DNA of 64,000 nucleotides. It comes from Octopus vulgaris (taxonomy: Eukaryota). Below are positions 11,989-25,454 of this stretch, piece by piece. The stretch's first letter is position 1. Each line of letters opens with the position of its first letter. The stretch spans positions 5,642,001-5,706,000 of the forward strand of contig OX597821.1 of assembly GCA_951406725.2 (NCBI GenBank), given 5' to 3'. A program made the position numbers and the translations under genes. Under the pieces are notes generated by a model. That model did no database searches and had not been told where the DNA came from. It was given only the letters and a program-made list of their open reading frames with translations.

Positions 11989-12593
11989 GGGTTAAAGTTA
12001 ATCCATGTATTCAGTTGTCCACGTAGGAGCGAATGTTACTGAAGTCTTGAGGGTGTGTGAGAGCATAAGTAAATGTATGTGCGCGTGTATGTAGTTACTT
12101 GTATGTGTGTAAGCATTTGTGCGAATGTAAGTGTCTGAGAGTCTCTATTTCTTAGAAGAGGGATATGTATGAGTGTTTGTGTGTGTGTGTGTGCGTACAT
12201 ATATGTGCGCGTGTACGCAAAGAAGGACAAGAGAGAGGGGTAGAAGAAAGAAGGTGAGTGAATGCTTGTAAGCTGGTGAAATTGTTCAGTAATAGTGCGA
12301 ACTCGAATGCATGTGTTAACATGCATATGTATGTTTGTTTGAATGCATTCAATGCATGTCAGCATTCATATAGCAGCGAGGGCGCATATGACTATATGCA
12401 CTAAAATGGAACGGTGGGAACTGGGACGAGTTGAGTTGTGCAGCTTCGCAATGTATATGTGTATGTATCTATATATGTGTACATGTAATGTCTCTATACG
12501 TTACTATACACGTATATATATATGTATATATATATGTGTGTGTATGTGTGCGACTATGTATATACATTTAATGTCTGTGTTACTATGTGCGTG

Positions 12594-12625
<32 letters not shown>

Positions 12626-12701
12626 TACATATATATACTTAGACATGGATAGATAGATAGATAGATAGATACATACATAGATACATACATACATACAATA
12701 C

Positions 12702-12782
<81 letters not shown>

Positions 12783-12994
12783 AGCATACATGTGTACATA
12801 CATGCATACATGTTACAGGCATATATATGCTACTTCCCTGTCCCCATATATGTGCGCAAAAGCAATACGTCTAAGTGTGTCTTAGTAAGATCTCATATCG
12901 GCGGCCATTAAAAATCGACCGAGTATTCAGTACAAGACCAATTACACAAACATGTCTCTTTTCTCAGTTTCCAATTCGTTTTTCTTATCTCTTA

Positions 12995-13209
12995 TTATTA
13001 TCAGTAACATCATCCTCAATATCATCATCGTCGTCGTCATCATCATCATCGTCATCATCAACAACATCGTCATCACTATTATTATCAGCATTATCGTCAT
13101 CACCATTACCATCTTCATTATTATCGTCAGTATCTTAATCATCATGATTATTTCCACCATTACTATTATAATCGTCATCATCGTAATCATTATTATTACG
13201 GTTATTACG

Positions 13210-13259
<50 letters not shown>

Positions 13260-13309
13260 CATAATTATTATTATTGTTGTTGTTGTTGTTGTTGTTGCTG
13301 TTATTTTTA

Positions 13310-13379
<70 letters not shown>

Positions 13380-13410
13380 CATCATCATCATCATCATCAC
13401 CATCATCGTC
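12995..13410. repeat. (ATC)n/(ATT)n/(GTT)n compound microsatellite
   Basis: Direct inspection; source of the poly-I ORFs. Confidence 0.95.
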
Positions 13411-14010
13411 TCCATATCATTTCTTCTCCGTTCGTTTGTTTTCTTTGTGATTTTTTTATTTTATTTTTTGTATATTTTGTTTTGTTTTTTTGTTTTGTCT
13501 TGTTTTTTTAACCATTCCGGAAGGGAAAAATTCTTATATCTTCTTTGAATTCTTTGAATCCAAAGATCGCTGCGAGAGGTTTCTACACACATCAATTTAT
13601 ATTTGTTTTGTGTTGAGTGTGTATTTCAGCGTATATATGTCGACTTTAATGCGTATTTCATGATAAGTGTGTGAAAATATTGCGTATGTTAGTGTATATG
13701 TGAGCGTGAAAAGTATACAGCGCATATACGCACATGTGTGTGACTGTGTGTGGCTTGCAAAGCAGTGTTACTTGTGCAAATAAAGAAGAAAAAAACCAAA
13801 CCTATTCCTGATTAGTAGTTCTTTTGTATTATGAATCAAAACGAGAAATTAAGCTATAGAATAGCATCTCTCTCTTCTCTTCAGACGCAGATGTAAATGT
13901 ATCCCAATAACATCTGCGATGTGGTGAGATAAAAAAAAAAGAGTACAAATGTACAATAAATAAATAAATGAAATTATCGTCTGCATCATTTGATAAATGA
14001 CTATTGACTA

Positions 14011-14057
<47 letters not shown>

Positions 14058-14143
14058 TCTGTGTGTGCATGAATATGTATGTAAATGTATTTATATATAT
14101 ATATACATATATATGTATGTATGTATGTATATATATATATCAA

Positions 14144-14199
<56 letters not shown>

Positions 14200-14229
14200 C
14201 ACAGGGAGATAAGCAGAGATAGATGGATG

Positions 14230-14300
<71 letters not shown>

Positions 14301-14345
14301 TGATTGATTGATTGATAGACAGATAGATTCACTTGCATTAATAAA

Positions 14346-14388
<43 letters not shown>

Positions 14389-14676
14389 CCACACGTATTT
14401 ATATATACACATCAATATATGTGCACATATACGCATGTATATACATATATATATATATATGCATATCTATCTACATATATATATATATATATACATAAAA
14501 TATATATATATGTGTATGTGTGTGTGTGTATACATATCTGAAGAGATATGACCGTATGTATATAAATTTCTATATACACGTATACGTATGCGTAATGGAA
14601 TCTTGTATGTATTTAAAAAATCATATCATGTCTAAATATATGTGTATATATGTATGTATACGCACATACATACACA

Positions 14677-14759
<83 letters not shown>

Positions 14760-14915
14760 GTGTGTATGTTTGTGTATACCTATATATATATATACACACA
14801 CACAAGTATGTATCTGTGTATTTTTTTATCTAGCTTTATAAGCGTATTTGTGCAGATACCTCGCTATATACATACACACACGTACACACACATATATATA
14901 TATAGAGAGAGAGAG

Positions 14916-14946
<31 letters not shown>

Positions 14947-14992
14947 TGTATGTATACAAATATATGTGTGTGAATGTGCGCGTGTGTGTGTG

Positions 14993-15045
<53 letters not shown>

Positions 15046-15467
15046 GCGCATGTATATTTCTTGATACAGACACTCCATCGCCACTAGTCTTCGGAAAAGT
15101 TATTCAGTATAAACTTTACCAAGTCTGTCATTGTCGTCGTCGAGAATCAAAAAACAAACAAAAGGATTATTCATTTATATATATGTATTCATTTATTTTT
15201 CGATTTGTGGTCGTGTGGGTGGGAGGAGAGAACAGAAACAGATGGAGAAAAAAAAATTGGCTGAAATAAACATAAAATAATACAATCTATTGTGTGGTAA
15301 ACTTTAAATGCGATAGTTTTTAAAAATTCATGTCGAACTGTTATTAATATATCAGTGATTTTGTCTCCATACTGGAGTGACAATGTCAACCTGGCTCCTT
15401 CTGTGTCTACTTAAACAGATATACATATAAATATATACACATGTATGTATACATGTATATATAATTG

Positions 15468-15603
<136 letters not shown>

Positions 15604-16428
15604 CATATATATATATATATATACATACAATTATATATATATATATATTATTATCGCATATACATGCATACGGATAATCAAACATAATCACATGAAAATA
15701 CATACCATAGTCACAAACACACTAGCTCGCTCACATACCCTTGTGGACATTACACTATCACACAGAGATAGGTCACAATAGAATTATAGGAAATACGAGA
15801 ATAGAATAGCTATGACAAATCACGACAAATGATTTGGCTAGAGGGAGAGACAGAGATTGAGAAAGGGAGAGAGAGAGAGAGAGAGAGAGGGGGGTAGAAC
15901 GAGAGAGATACGGGAGAGAGAGAGAGATGGAAGGGTAGAGAGGGGAGAGGGAGAGATAATTCTAAAATTCGAATGAAAACCAGGATGGATTCGTAAATAA
16001 AATTAATCACTCAAATGAATAAACATTGTGAAGAGAAAAATCTAGTGCGTCAAAACCTATAATATATATATATATACATATATATATATAAAGTATATAT
16101 ATATATAAAGTATATATATAAAGTATATATAAATATATATATATATGTCTGTAATGATATATATAGATATATAGATAGATATATATATATATATAAAGAA
16201 ATAGATTCACCACTGTCTTTGTATTCACAACTTGGTTGCTTCCTCTAATGGCAGCACTGATATTTTCTGTTCGTTTTTTTTTTTATTTTATTTAGTTGCT
16301 GTTATTGTTTTTGTTGTTAATTATTCTTTTCTAACAAGCGTCTATCTGTGTAGCCATAGATACGAGGTGAGGTATTGCATATTGTTAGTTTAACTCTGCG
16401 ACATTACACTGTCATTCCACAGCGCCAT

Positions 16429-16560
16429 GAAGGCGCCTGCTACAGTGGTCAGCGTGTTGTACTCACGATCGCAAAATCATGGTTTCTGTTCCCAGTCGGG
16501 GTGGTGTGTCGTGTTCTTGAGAAGAACACTCCAATTGACGCTACTCCCGTCCCAGAATTG
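16429..16560 (+). mobile_element. SINE family D head, degenerate
   Basis: GAAGGCGCCTGCTACAGTGGTCAGCGTG...TCACGATCG...GTGTTCTTGAG. Confidence 0.6.
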
Positions 16561-16667
16561 TGGTCTCGATCACTTACATGCCAAAAAAAGATCAACATGT
16601 TGATATACATACATTAATATATATGTGTATGTATATATACATATCTATATATATATATATATAGATA

Positions 16668-17103
16668 GAAAATACAAACAGGGACAAGAACACAAAACAT
16701 CTTGTATCGCTGCCGTAAGGTTTCATTTCCACACACGCCAGCTTAATTTAATTTGCCCTTAGTCGAAAGACACCTGTTGATATGTCCTGTTATTATTTTT
16801 ATTGTATTTGTGTAACATTGTCCGTTTTTTTTTTTGTCCTTGTTTTTGTAAACATTCGCTGCTTTCTTCCAAGGAATCTAACGCTCTTAGCTTTGTTTTT
16901 TCTTGGGGCTGGCCAGATAGGAGCAATCTCAAGTATAATCAGCCAAAATTGCGAAGATAATCTGGTACTTGACTGAGGAAAGAAAACTTCGAATGACCCG
17001 TCCTTGTTTTCTTTGTATCGTGTATCTCGATGTTTTGTTGTCCCATTTTTGTATCACCTAACTGTCCGGATGCTTTGCGTTCTTGTTCCATTTTGTATTT
17101 CAT
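16668..17103. mobile_element. (TA)n-flanked element with ~34-bp imperfect terminal inverted repeats
   Basis: GAAAATACAAACAGGGACAAGAACACAAAACATC versus the reverse complement of GATGCTTTGCGTTCTTGTTCCATTTTGTATTTC. Confidence 0.55.
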
Positions 17104-17108
17104 ATATA

Positions 17109-17623
17109 TCTATATATATAAAACTGTAGTTGTGTGAGTGTCTGTCCCCTTCGATTTAGATTCCTAACTACTCCCACATTTTGCGGTGCAGTTTAACCAA
17201 ATTCGGGTATCTTATAGTCGTGATTCATATCGAGCCCGTCTGAGTATTAGCGCGCGTCTACGATGAGTCTACGATTTTAAAAATAATTTAACATCATTTT
17301 TTATTCCATTTTAATGCATAATTTTTCGTGTGTCGATGGCGGCGGAGTTGACGTCCATGGTCACAGCTGCACCTGTGTTTGCTTCTCCCCCTTCTTCCCT
17401 CCCTCGTGAAGCTGTGGGGAAGGGAGTATAAGGAAATCAACGTCGTAATGCGTTGTCAAGGAGACCAGCGTTCTTTTAGAACAACGACTTCATGGCTTGA
17501 AGACACCAAAATTACCATCATTTTTTATTCTATTTTTAATGCATTTTTTTGGTATAACTCACTAAAAATGCTTATATAGTTATTTCCCTTACAAACCCGA
17601 GCAACGCCGGGCGATACTGCTAG
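17109..17623 (+). mobile_element. Non-autonomous Helitron
   Basis: 5' TCTATATATATAAAA; 3' hairpin CCCGAGCAACGCCGGG then CTAG; inserted between A and T with no TSD. Confidence 0.85.
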
Positions 17624-17667
<44 letters not shown>

Positions 17668-17670
<3 letters not shown>

Positions 17671-17877
17671 GCCATGATAGATCGGTAGCCACTACACACA
17701 TTTTTTTCTCTCCGTGTTTCTCTCACTGCTTTTTTTTCTGTGTCTCTTTCTGTAGAAGAGCGTAGGCTCGAAACGTAAAAGACCTTTTCAATTTCCTGAG
17801 CATTATACTAGTACATCTGTTTGTTTTATAGACCACCTTTCTTCGTCTTTTGTTGTTGTTTTTTTCGTGAACTCTCT
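17668..17877 (+). mobile_element. Hammerhead-bearing element, family H1
   Basis: Homologous over its length to 19412-19600 (opposite strand); begins at (TA)n. Confidence 0.75.
17745..17782 (+). ncRNA. Minimal hammerhead ribozyme, A6U core variant
   Basis: TCTTT-CTGTAGA-A-GAGC-GTAG-GCTC-GAAA-CG-TA-AAAGA; 5-bp stem I, 4-bp stem II. Confidence 0.7.
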
Positions 17878-17932
17878 CAGCTCAAGAGCTGAAACTGGAA
17901 AACATAAACATAAATATATATATATATATATG

Positions 17933-18361
17933 TAATAGAAATATTAAAATTACTAAGTCTCTCTAAAGGAGATTACGGCAGCGTTACTGGATATTAATAG
18001 TCATCGCCATACTAATATGGCAGTCTATAAATATAAGACTAAAGCTGTCGCTGATTAGCTCCAAGAGGCCATCGCCTCTAGCTAGCTATATGACACACGA
18101 ACCTGCGTACATTACAACCTTCGAACAGGGGAGGTCAGCCGCTTCACCTTGCTAGTCAGACATCTGCAGACATGTTTCAGGGTTGTTGCCCTTTATCAAT
18201 GCATCGTAGTCAGAACCAGCAGGTGTCGCTACTGACCGTCTGTTCGAAGATTTTATTTACCTAGTTACAGTGGAATACATCCACTTGTTTTCAATAATAG
18301 AAATATTAAAATTACTAAGTCTCTCTAAAGGAGATTACGGCAGCGTTACTGGATATTAATA
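17933..18361 (-). mobile_element. 362-nt hammerhead-bearing unit with 67-bp identical terminal redundancy, family H2
   Basis: 17933-17999 is identical to 18295-18361; internal hammerhead on the minus strand; homologous to 39586-40055. Confidence 0.85.
18165..18203 (-). ncRNA. Minimal type I hammerhead ribozyme, U3:A8 variant
   Basis: Minus strand TGCA-TTGATAA-AGGG-CAACAA-CCCT-GAAA-CATG-TC-TGCA. Confidence 0.82.
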
Positions 18362-18479
18362 TCTTTTTAGGTGGGTTCTAATGTATCTATCGCAGGTCGA
18401 GCAGAGCTTAGTCTTCCTATCAATGTTGTTGTTATCCCCTATTTTATGAGATATGTACCATTCTGTTATGATGCCTACT

Positions 18480-18700
18480 TTTCCACCAAACCTCTGTTCA
18501 GGTAGGCCAGTCAAGCTTCCTTTGGGTCGCATGCGACGGTTCTATTCTTAGAGTACCTGTTCAGCAGTTCTTCTCCAACTTTGAAAATGTTGTTAGTCTC
18601 ACTTTTGAGTATCCACAGAATGTACTTTTTTTTCCTTTACTATTCAGCAGATGCTGAGGTACAGGTGTCTCTATATGGTGAATTCCTTTATCATTCTATC
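18480..18700 (-). mobile_element. Possible highly decayed RTE LINE fragment
   Basis: Scattered minus-strand peptides (LLN..., FCGY, KLEKN...GTL, RRMRPKGS) loosely resemble the RTE ORF C-terminal region. Confidence 0.3.
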
Positions 18701-18764
18701 TACTGAAAGTCCTATGGCAATGGAGAAGTAGTAAAGTTCCTTCCAGAGTTTTATATACTCATTA

Positions 18765-18980
18765 GGACGGTTTCCCAGTTTCCATGGCGTGTATATTCCC
18801 CACCTGGACGGGACGCCACTCCGACACAGGGTTACTCATTCTTACCTGCTAAGTAGACCGGAGCAACATGAAATGAAATGTTTTGCTCAAGAGCACAACC
18901 TGCTACTTGGTCCAGGAATCGAAATCACTATCTTACGATCATGCGTCCAGCACCCTTACCACTTAGCCATTCGCCCCTAC
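18765..18980 (-). mobile_element. SINE family D
   Basis: GGAGCAACATGAAATGAAATGTTTTGCTCAAGAGCACAAC...TCCAGGAATCGAAA...CTTACGATCATG; collinear with 62696-62950. Confidence 0.78.
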
Positions 18981-19260
18981 AGCGGAAGGGTGGTCACATA
19001 TACTGAGCTAACTTGTTGGAAGCGCACGGTAAGTTACAACTTTCATTTGACATCTATGCTTCAAACCATGTAGATTACCAACTGGCTGAATACTCATCAG
19101 AGAGGTCATAGATGGAAAGTCAGAAATGCCATAGACAACGAGGAAGCTCAAGAAGATGACAATCACGCGTTATATATATATATATAATATATAATTGTTT
19201 TCGTTCCAGCACACGATCTCAGATAAAGTCACTTGCTATGCAAGTACATCTCTGTAAATA

Positions 19261-19410
<150 letters not shown>

Positions 19411-19411
19411 G

Positions 19412-19600
19412 TAGGGAGAATTCACAAAAACAATCAAAAGACGAAGACAGGTGGTGTAGACAACAAACAGATGTATTAGCATGACGCGCAGGAAGTGAAA
19501 AAGTCTTTAACGTTTCGAGCCTACGCTCTTCCACAGAAAGGAACACAGAAAGAATCAAGGAGAGAAAATAAAGAATGTGTAGTGGCTAGCGACCTATCTA
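19412..19600 (-). mobile_element. Hammerhead-bearing element, family H1
   Basis: Reverse-complement homologue of 17668-17877; abuts (TA)n. Confidence 0.75.
19505..19540 (-). ncRNA. Minimal hammerhead ribozyme, A6U core variant
   Basis: Minus strand CTTT-CTGTGGA-A-GAGC-GTAG-GCTC-GAAA-CG-TT-AAAG. Confidence 0.7.
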
Positions 19601-19974
19601 GTAATGATTGTATAGAGTATGGCGTATTCTCAAAATTTATTTTCTATGATTTTACAATTTTAGACAGTATATAATTATAGTATTTATGCTATTTAAATAT
19701 GTAAAATAAGAGACAATAAATTTTAAGGATGAACAAGTCTGTATATACAATATAATCATTACTAATATATACTTCAAACGATATCACCGTCCTGCGAAGC
19801 GAACACGGAATTACCCATCAGATGAATTCACAGAGTGGCTGACAACTAGTAGTTACAGACATTGAATACTGATCGATGTGGTAAGCCGTAAACTGGAACT
19901 CAACTGAGAGCCAACACGGTATCCACCCGGATAATATATTCCACCAAACTCACACATACACACGTAGATTGATA

Positions 19975-20038
<64 letters not shown>

Positions 20039-21344
20039 CTTCGATATGTCTCGACCAGAGATTGGCCCAGGTCATGTCTAACTTAATAGTAGCACCTGAT
20101 AAGATTTGCTAAATCCTTTTTAAGTGAAGTTTTGTGGCATGAAGACCCATTCGAGATATATGTATGTATATATGTATGTATGTATGCATGTATGTATGTA
20201 TATATGTATGATGTATGTATGTATATATATACATATATATATATATATGCATATGTGTGTGTATGTGAGAGTGTGTGTGCGTGTGTTACACTGTTTAATA
20301 GAATGAGCTAAGCTATACAACTACATAACAAAATGTGTGTTTATGGTTCATATAACACAAGGCATAGAAAGCTGAACTAGCTCTATTCCCAGTATTTATT
20401 TGGTAATGTCATGAGTGTGTAATAATGCATTCCGCGATTTTATTAAGGACGTTAATAAGGGCTTCACTGGACCCTAAATTGGACTTCCTTGGTGTTATCT
20501 GGATGGTATGTTTGCTTGTTTTCGACCAATAGTACAAGAATCTGCATACTTGTACAAGCTTATCAAATCTTCGCCATTACCAGTCGAATATTACTCCATT
20601 AATCGACGTTTTATCCTCTTGTTTTTCCTTTCATCCGATTTTAATCATCTACCAACGATCATAAAAAGTATATATATTGTTAGAAACCTTGGTAGGAGGA
20701 TATCGAAAGTGTCCGCCGAGAAACAATATTTTGTCACGTTGCTCACTATTATGATGTATTGAATAAAATCGAATTTAAGGAGAAACAGGAGTCTATAGAA
20801 CAAAAATGTGAGAATAAGTAAAGCAGGAAAAGAAGTATCGTTTACTTCAATCAGAATTTGAGCAAAAAAATACTGTACGACATAGTCATAAATTTCTCAG
20901 CGTTGATTAGAAAACATTTCTCCATTGGCCACATGTACCACAATGTGTTCAACAAAACCTGCATAAAATTATTTATAGTCGTATGAAAAGCGCCGAAGAA
21001 CGTATGAAGAGCTAGAAGCAATTTTATTAACCACATACTTAGGAAGAAGTGAAAAATAATGGTCAGAACTCAACTTCAACAACCATTCACTTTATGGAAA
21101 ATGACACACAAGCAAATTTACTATTCCAGTATGTTTACACCGAGCTTTTCAGGAGGTACAGGAGATGTATATAGCTTATTCACTTATTTGAATACGAGCC
21201 AACGAGAGAGAAGCATCGCATGACCTGCTCCAAAAAGCTCGTCCCTACCAGCTTAGAAGTCGATGAATTAGCTAACCCAGGCTTCACTGCACAAAGGACG
21301 AAGACGGGATGGTCACGGCTGAAATTCCGTTGCTCGTAGGCCTG

Positions 21345-21515
21345 TGAAATTTTTTTTTCCTTACTACTCACAAGGGGCTAAACACAGTGGGGAAAACAAG
21401 GGCAGACAAACGGATTAAGTCGATTACATCGACTCCAGTGAACTAGTACTTAATTTATCGACCCCGAAAGGATGAAAGGCAAAGTCGACCTCGGCGGAAT
21501 TTGAACTCAGATAGT
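21345..21515 (-). mobile_element. SINE family B, headless
   Basis: CACAAGGGGCTAAACACAG...ATCGACCCCGAAAGGATGAAAGGCAAAGTCGACCTCGGCGGAATTTGAACTCAGA. Confidence 0.82.
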
Positions 21516-21600
21516 GATGCCAAGGAGATAAACAACACAAACACCTTGTTACAAACAAAACGACGAAAAATATTCTCTCTCGTTATTACTGGGAATTATT

Positions 21601-21815
21601 AAAGGCGACGAACTGGCAGAATTGTTAGCATGCCGGGCAAATGCTTAGCGGCATTTCTTCGGTCTTCGTATTCTGGGTTCAAATTCCGCCAAGGTCGACT
21701 TCGTCTTTCTTTCTTTTGGAGTCGATAAAATAAGTACCATCTGAGTACTGATTTAGTTGTAATCAACTTGCCCCTCCTCAAAATTGCAGACATTGTGCCA
21801 AAATTTGAAATCATT
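21601..21815 (+). mobile_element. SINE family B, full length
   Basis: GGCGACGAACTGGCAGAATTGTTAGC head, GGGTTCAAATTCC B box, family B body. Confidence 0.82.
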
Positions 21816-22219
21816 ATTACTGGAAATTATAACGATGTAGTTGATTTGTTAAAATGTGGTTGATTTGTTAAAATGCCGGACAATATATTTGTGGTGTTTC
21901 TTCCGGTTCTTTACGTTCTGTGTTCAAATCATGCTGAGGCCAAAATTGTCATTTATTCCTTATAGAGTCGGAAAAATAAAGTATCAGTCATTCACATGGA
22001 TCAATATAATCGACTAACAGGCTCATCATGTCTCAAGATTGCCACTCATAACTAAACAATGGTATGCGCAGGTGAGTGGACGTTATCGGCGTCGATTTAG
22101 GATTCAATTCGAATTTAAACATTCTTGTTTTAATTCGAGTAGAATTACAATGGTATATACAGCAAATGAGTGGATAAAATCTATTCCATATATATTGATT
22201 TCAATATTTAGAATAAGAG

Positions 22220-22516
22220 TGGAGGCACAATGGCCCAGTGGTTAGGGCAGTGGACTCGCGGTCGAGAGATCGCAGTTTCGATTCCCAGACCGGGCGTTGT
22301 GTGTGTTTATAGAGCGAAAACACCTAAAGCTCCACGATCCTCTTGTACTCTCTCGCCCCAACTTTCTCTCACTCTTTCTTCCTGTTTTTTGAGTAACGCT
22401 GCGATGGACTGGCGTCCCGACTAGCTGGGGGGGGGGGAACTCATACCCCACAGAAACCGAGAAACCAGGACCATGAACCTGGCTAGGCTTGAAAATGGCG
22501 CATAAATAAAAATAAA
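22220..22516 (+). mobile_element. tRNA-derived SINE family C with probable TSD
   Basis: TGGCCCAGTGG (A box), GTTTCGATTCC (B box), A-rich tail; flanked by ATTTAGAA(T/C)AAGA. Confidence 0.85.
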
Positions 22517-22534
22517 ATTTAGAACAAGACACAG

Positions 22535-22952
22535 GGGGTAAGCTGGCACGAACGTTAGCACACCTGTCTTTACGTTCTGAGTTCAAATTCCGCCGAGGTC
22601 GACTTTGCCTTTCATTCTTCGGCGTCGATAAATTAAGTGCTAGTCGCGTAAGTGGGGTCGATCTAATCGACTGGGCCCCTCCCCAAAAAAACTTCGGGCC
22701 TTGTGCCTAGAGTAGAAAGAAATATTTAGCAAAAGACCAAGGCGGCGAACTGGCAGAAGCGTTAGCACGCCGGACGGAATGTTTAACGGTATTTCATCTG
22801 TCTTTACGTTCTGAGTTCAAATTCCGCCGAGGTTGGCTTTGCCTTTCATCTCTCGAAGTCGACAAATTAAGTACCAGTTGCATACTGGAGTCGATCTAAT
22901 CGACTGGCCCCCTCTCCTAAAATTTCTGGCTTTGTGCCTAAAGTACACAAGA
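22535..22952 (+). mobile_element. Two tandem SINE family B copies
   Basis: Copies at about 22535-22723 and 22739-22952, each with GTTCTGAGTTCAAATTCCGCCGAGG. Confidence 0.82.
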
Positions 22953-22989
22953 ACGTTTAGCAGACAAGACCTACAGTTTCGACGTAGGG

Positions 22990-23277
22990 GACAAGTCGAC
23001 CTCGACGGGATTTGAATTCAGGGCCTAAAGATTGACGAAATGTCGCAAAACCTTTTATCTAGGCCGGCATGCTAACGAGTCAGCCATTTCGCTGGCTTTC
23101 TGTTCTACACATATTTGTTTCAACTTTTGGCACAAGGCCAGCAATTTCGTAGAAGGGAGTAAATGGATTACATCAACCCCGATGCGCAACTGGTACTTAT
23201 TTCATCGGCCCGGAAAGACGAAGATGACCTCGGTGTATTTCAAGCTCAGGGCGTAAAGACGGACAAAATTCCGCCAG

Positions 23278-23278
<1 letters not shown>
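22990..23278 (-). mobile_element. Two partial SINE family B copies
   Basis: GTCGACCTCGACGGGATTTGAA and CAACTGGTACTTATTT...GACCTCGG motifs. Confidence 0.68.
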
Positions 23279-23310
<32 letters not shown>

Positions 23311-23530
23311 TATGTATATATATATACATATATACATATATATATACATATATATATATATATGAATATATGAATGTATGAAGATATATTTGATAGGATA
23401 TGGCAAACCGTAGAAATAGAACTCAATACATAAAGTAATGTATTTGTTTTACTTTATTTACAGTTGAAGAATTACATCTATGGTGGAGAAATGGTGTAGC
23501 TTTTCGGTTCTTAAATGTATACACATGTGA

Positions 23531-23564
<34 letters not shown>

Positions 23565-24388
23565 TCACATATGTGGAATATAGCATTTCATGTCACTTTA
23601 ACATGTTTTTAAAGAATTCCCAAAAGAAACTCACCAAGATTATTCAGATCATCTGTCATTCGAACTACAATGACAATAAAAGTTACTTTCAAAAGCCATA
23701 GTTTTCCCCTGAAAAAAACTGCATGCTTCCTATATCAATTGTCTTCGAATAATTTTTGTGTTGCTTTCAATTTTTTAATCATTTTTCTTGATTTTTTTTC
23801 CCCGATTTTTCCCCTTTATTTTTTGTACTATTGTTGCTGCTGCTGTTGGCGTCGTCATTGTTGTATTGTTTCCGTTATTTTTCGCTGTTGTTGCAGATTT
23901 TTTTGTTTGTTTTTTTGTTCTTGTTCTGCTCTTCTCTCTGTCGATGCAAATGTTATTGTTGTTGTTGTTGTTTTGTTTATGGCAAAATTGATTACAACTT
24001 TTCGTAATTCGATCTCGCCGAAACTAAACAAGAAGAGAGGTAACAATTCACATTGATACTTGGGGCGTGGGATGGCGGCGTAGGTGGCGCTTCGTGAGGC
24101 AGAGAGTTGGAGATGGGGGAGAGAGAGAGAGGGGGGGAAACAATGATAGAGCTGCGATAGAATTTTAGCATAGCTTCCTTCTGAATTCACTTATCAAACA
24201 TTACTGTATATATACATGTGTACACAGGCAGAGACACGTATGTATACACACGCGCATACACACACATACAAAGACGCACACACAAAGACACACACACATA
24301 CGTATAAGATATAGACATATATACATATGTACATAGATATTTAAATTTCTTTTCGTATGACAATGTATATATTAGACATATGTATATT

Positions 24389-24442
<54 letters not shown>

Positions 24443-24501
24443 TATGAACATATAGAAACACATATATACATATACATATATATATACAGATATTTATATA
24501 A

Positions 24502-24547
<46 letters not shown>

Positions 24548-24906
24548 CTGTGTGTTTGTGTGCATGTGTGCGTGTGTGAGTCCATATGTGTGTTTTTGTG
24601 TCTGTGTAAGTACGTATCTATATGTATATATGTATGTATGCACCTATGCAGGTATGTGCGGATGCATGTATGTGTGTAATTTTAAGATATTTTTTTAACA
24701 AATTGACTTTTTGAAAGATATTGTCAATAGTTTTTTGTTTTTTTTTTTACTTATCTCCGCATGACTTTTGTAAAAACTATATCGTTCACCTTTAAACGTA
24801 AAACTTAAGATAGGCTTACAATTTGGTAACCTTTAGTTCCGTACAACATTTTCGACACAACTAAATTACGAAAAAAATGCACACACAGACACACATACAA
24901 ACACAT

Positions 24907-24959
<53 letters not shown>

Positions 24960-25454
24960 AAGACCTGCTGTGTTAAACGCTTTGAAAGAAATAAGTGTTC
25001 ACTTTTGATAATATCTATACGAACTTAGATCTAAGTTAAAACCAAACCATCTTCTAATTGAGAATGTTAGATATATATTCTTTAGAACAAAACTTTTATT
25101 AAAAATTTTCTTTAAATATGTTTAAAGAACACCGAAGTGTTTTGTTTTGCTCAATAATGATATCATCTAAATTTTTCTTGAATATTCCAGAATGATAAAG
25201 GTATTGAAAATAGCGAAAAGGATTTCTGACACTTATACCACTGTGTTTCGCGTCATTGAGATGCCTACAGTGAACAATAGAATGCGTATTGACTTCATTG
25301 TATGGATATGGAGTATATGAGAAAATGTATCATCATAGCTGGAGATTTCTGATCAAGCTAAATAATATATATTTATATTAAAGAAACATTAGTTAGTGTT
25401 TAGATTTTTAATATAAAGAATTTTAAGTAGTTAATGTCATGTAATAGTGGAGCA

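Noticed and set aside
16968-17003. CTGAGGA-AAG-AAAA-CTT-CGAAT hammerhead-like motif
   Set aside because: GAAA/UH and stem I cannot be completed.
20430-21340. Complex non-repetitive stretch as a decayed transposase
   Set aside because: No recognisable protein motif in any frame by eye.
22220-22295. tRNA gene-like sequences at SINE heads (also 34728, 62696, 31975)
   Set aside because: A and B boxes are present but they continue into repeated SINE bodies and lack a clean cloverleaf or terminator.
23960-24130. Unique GC-richer stretch as possible exon or enhancer (also 26960-27080 and 37030-37160)
   Set aside because: No convincing splice sites with an open frame and no motif cluster; needs conservation or expression data.
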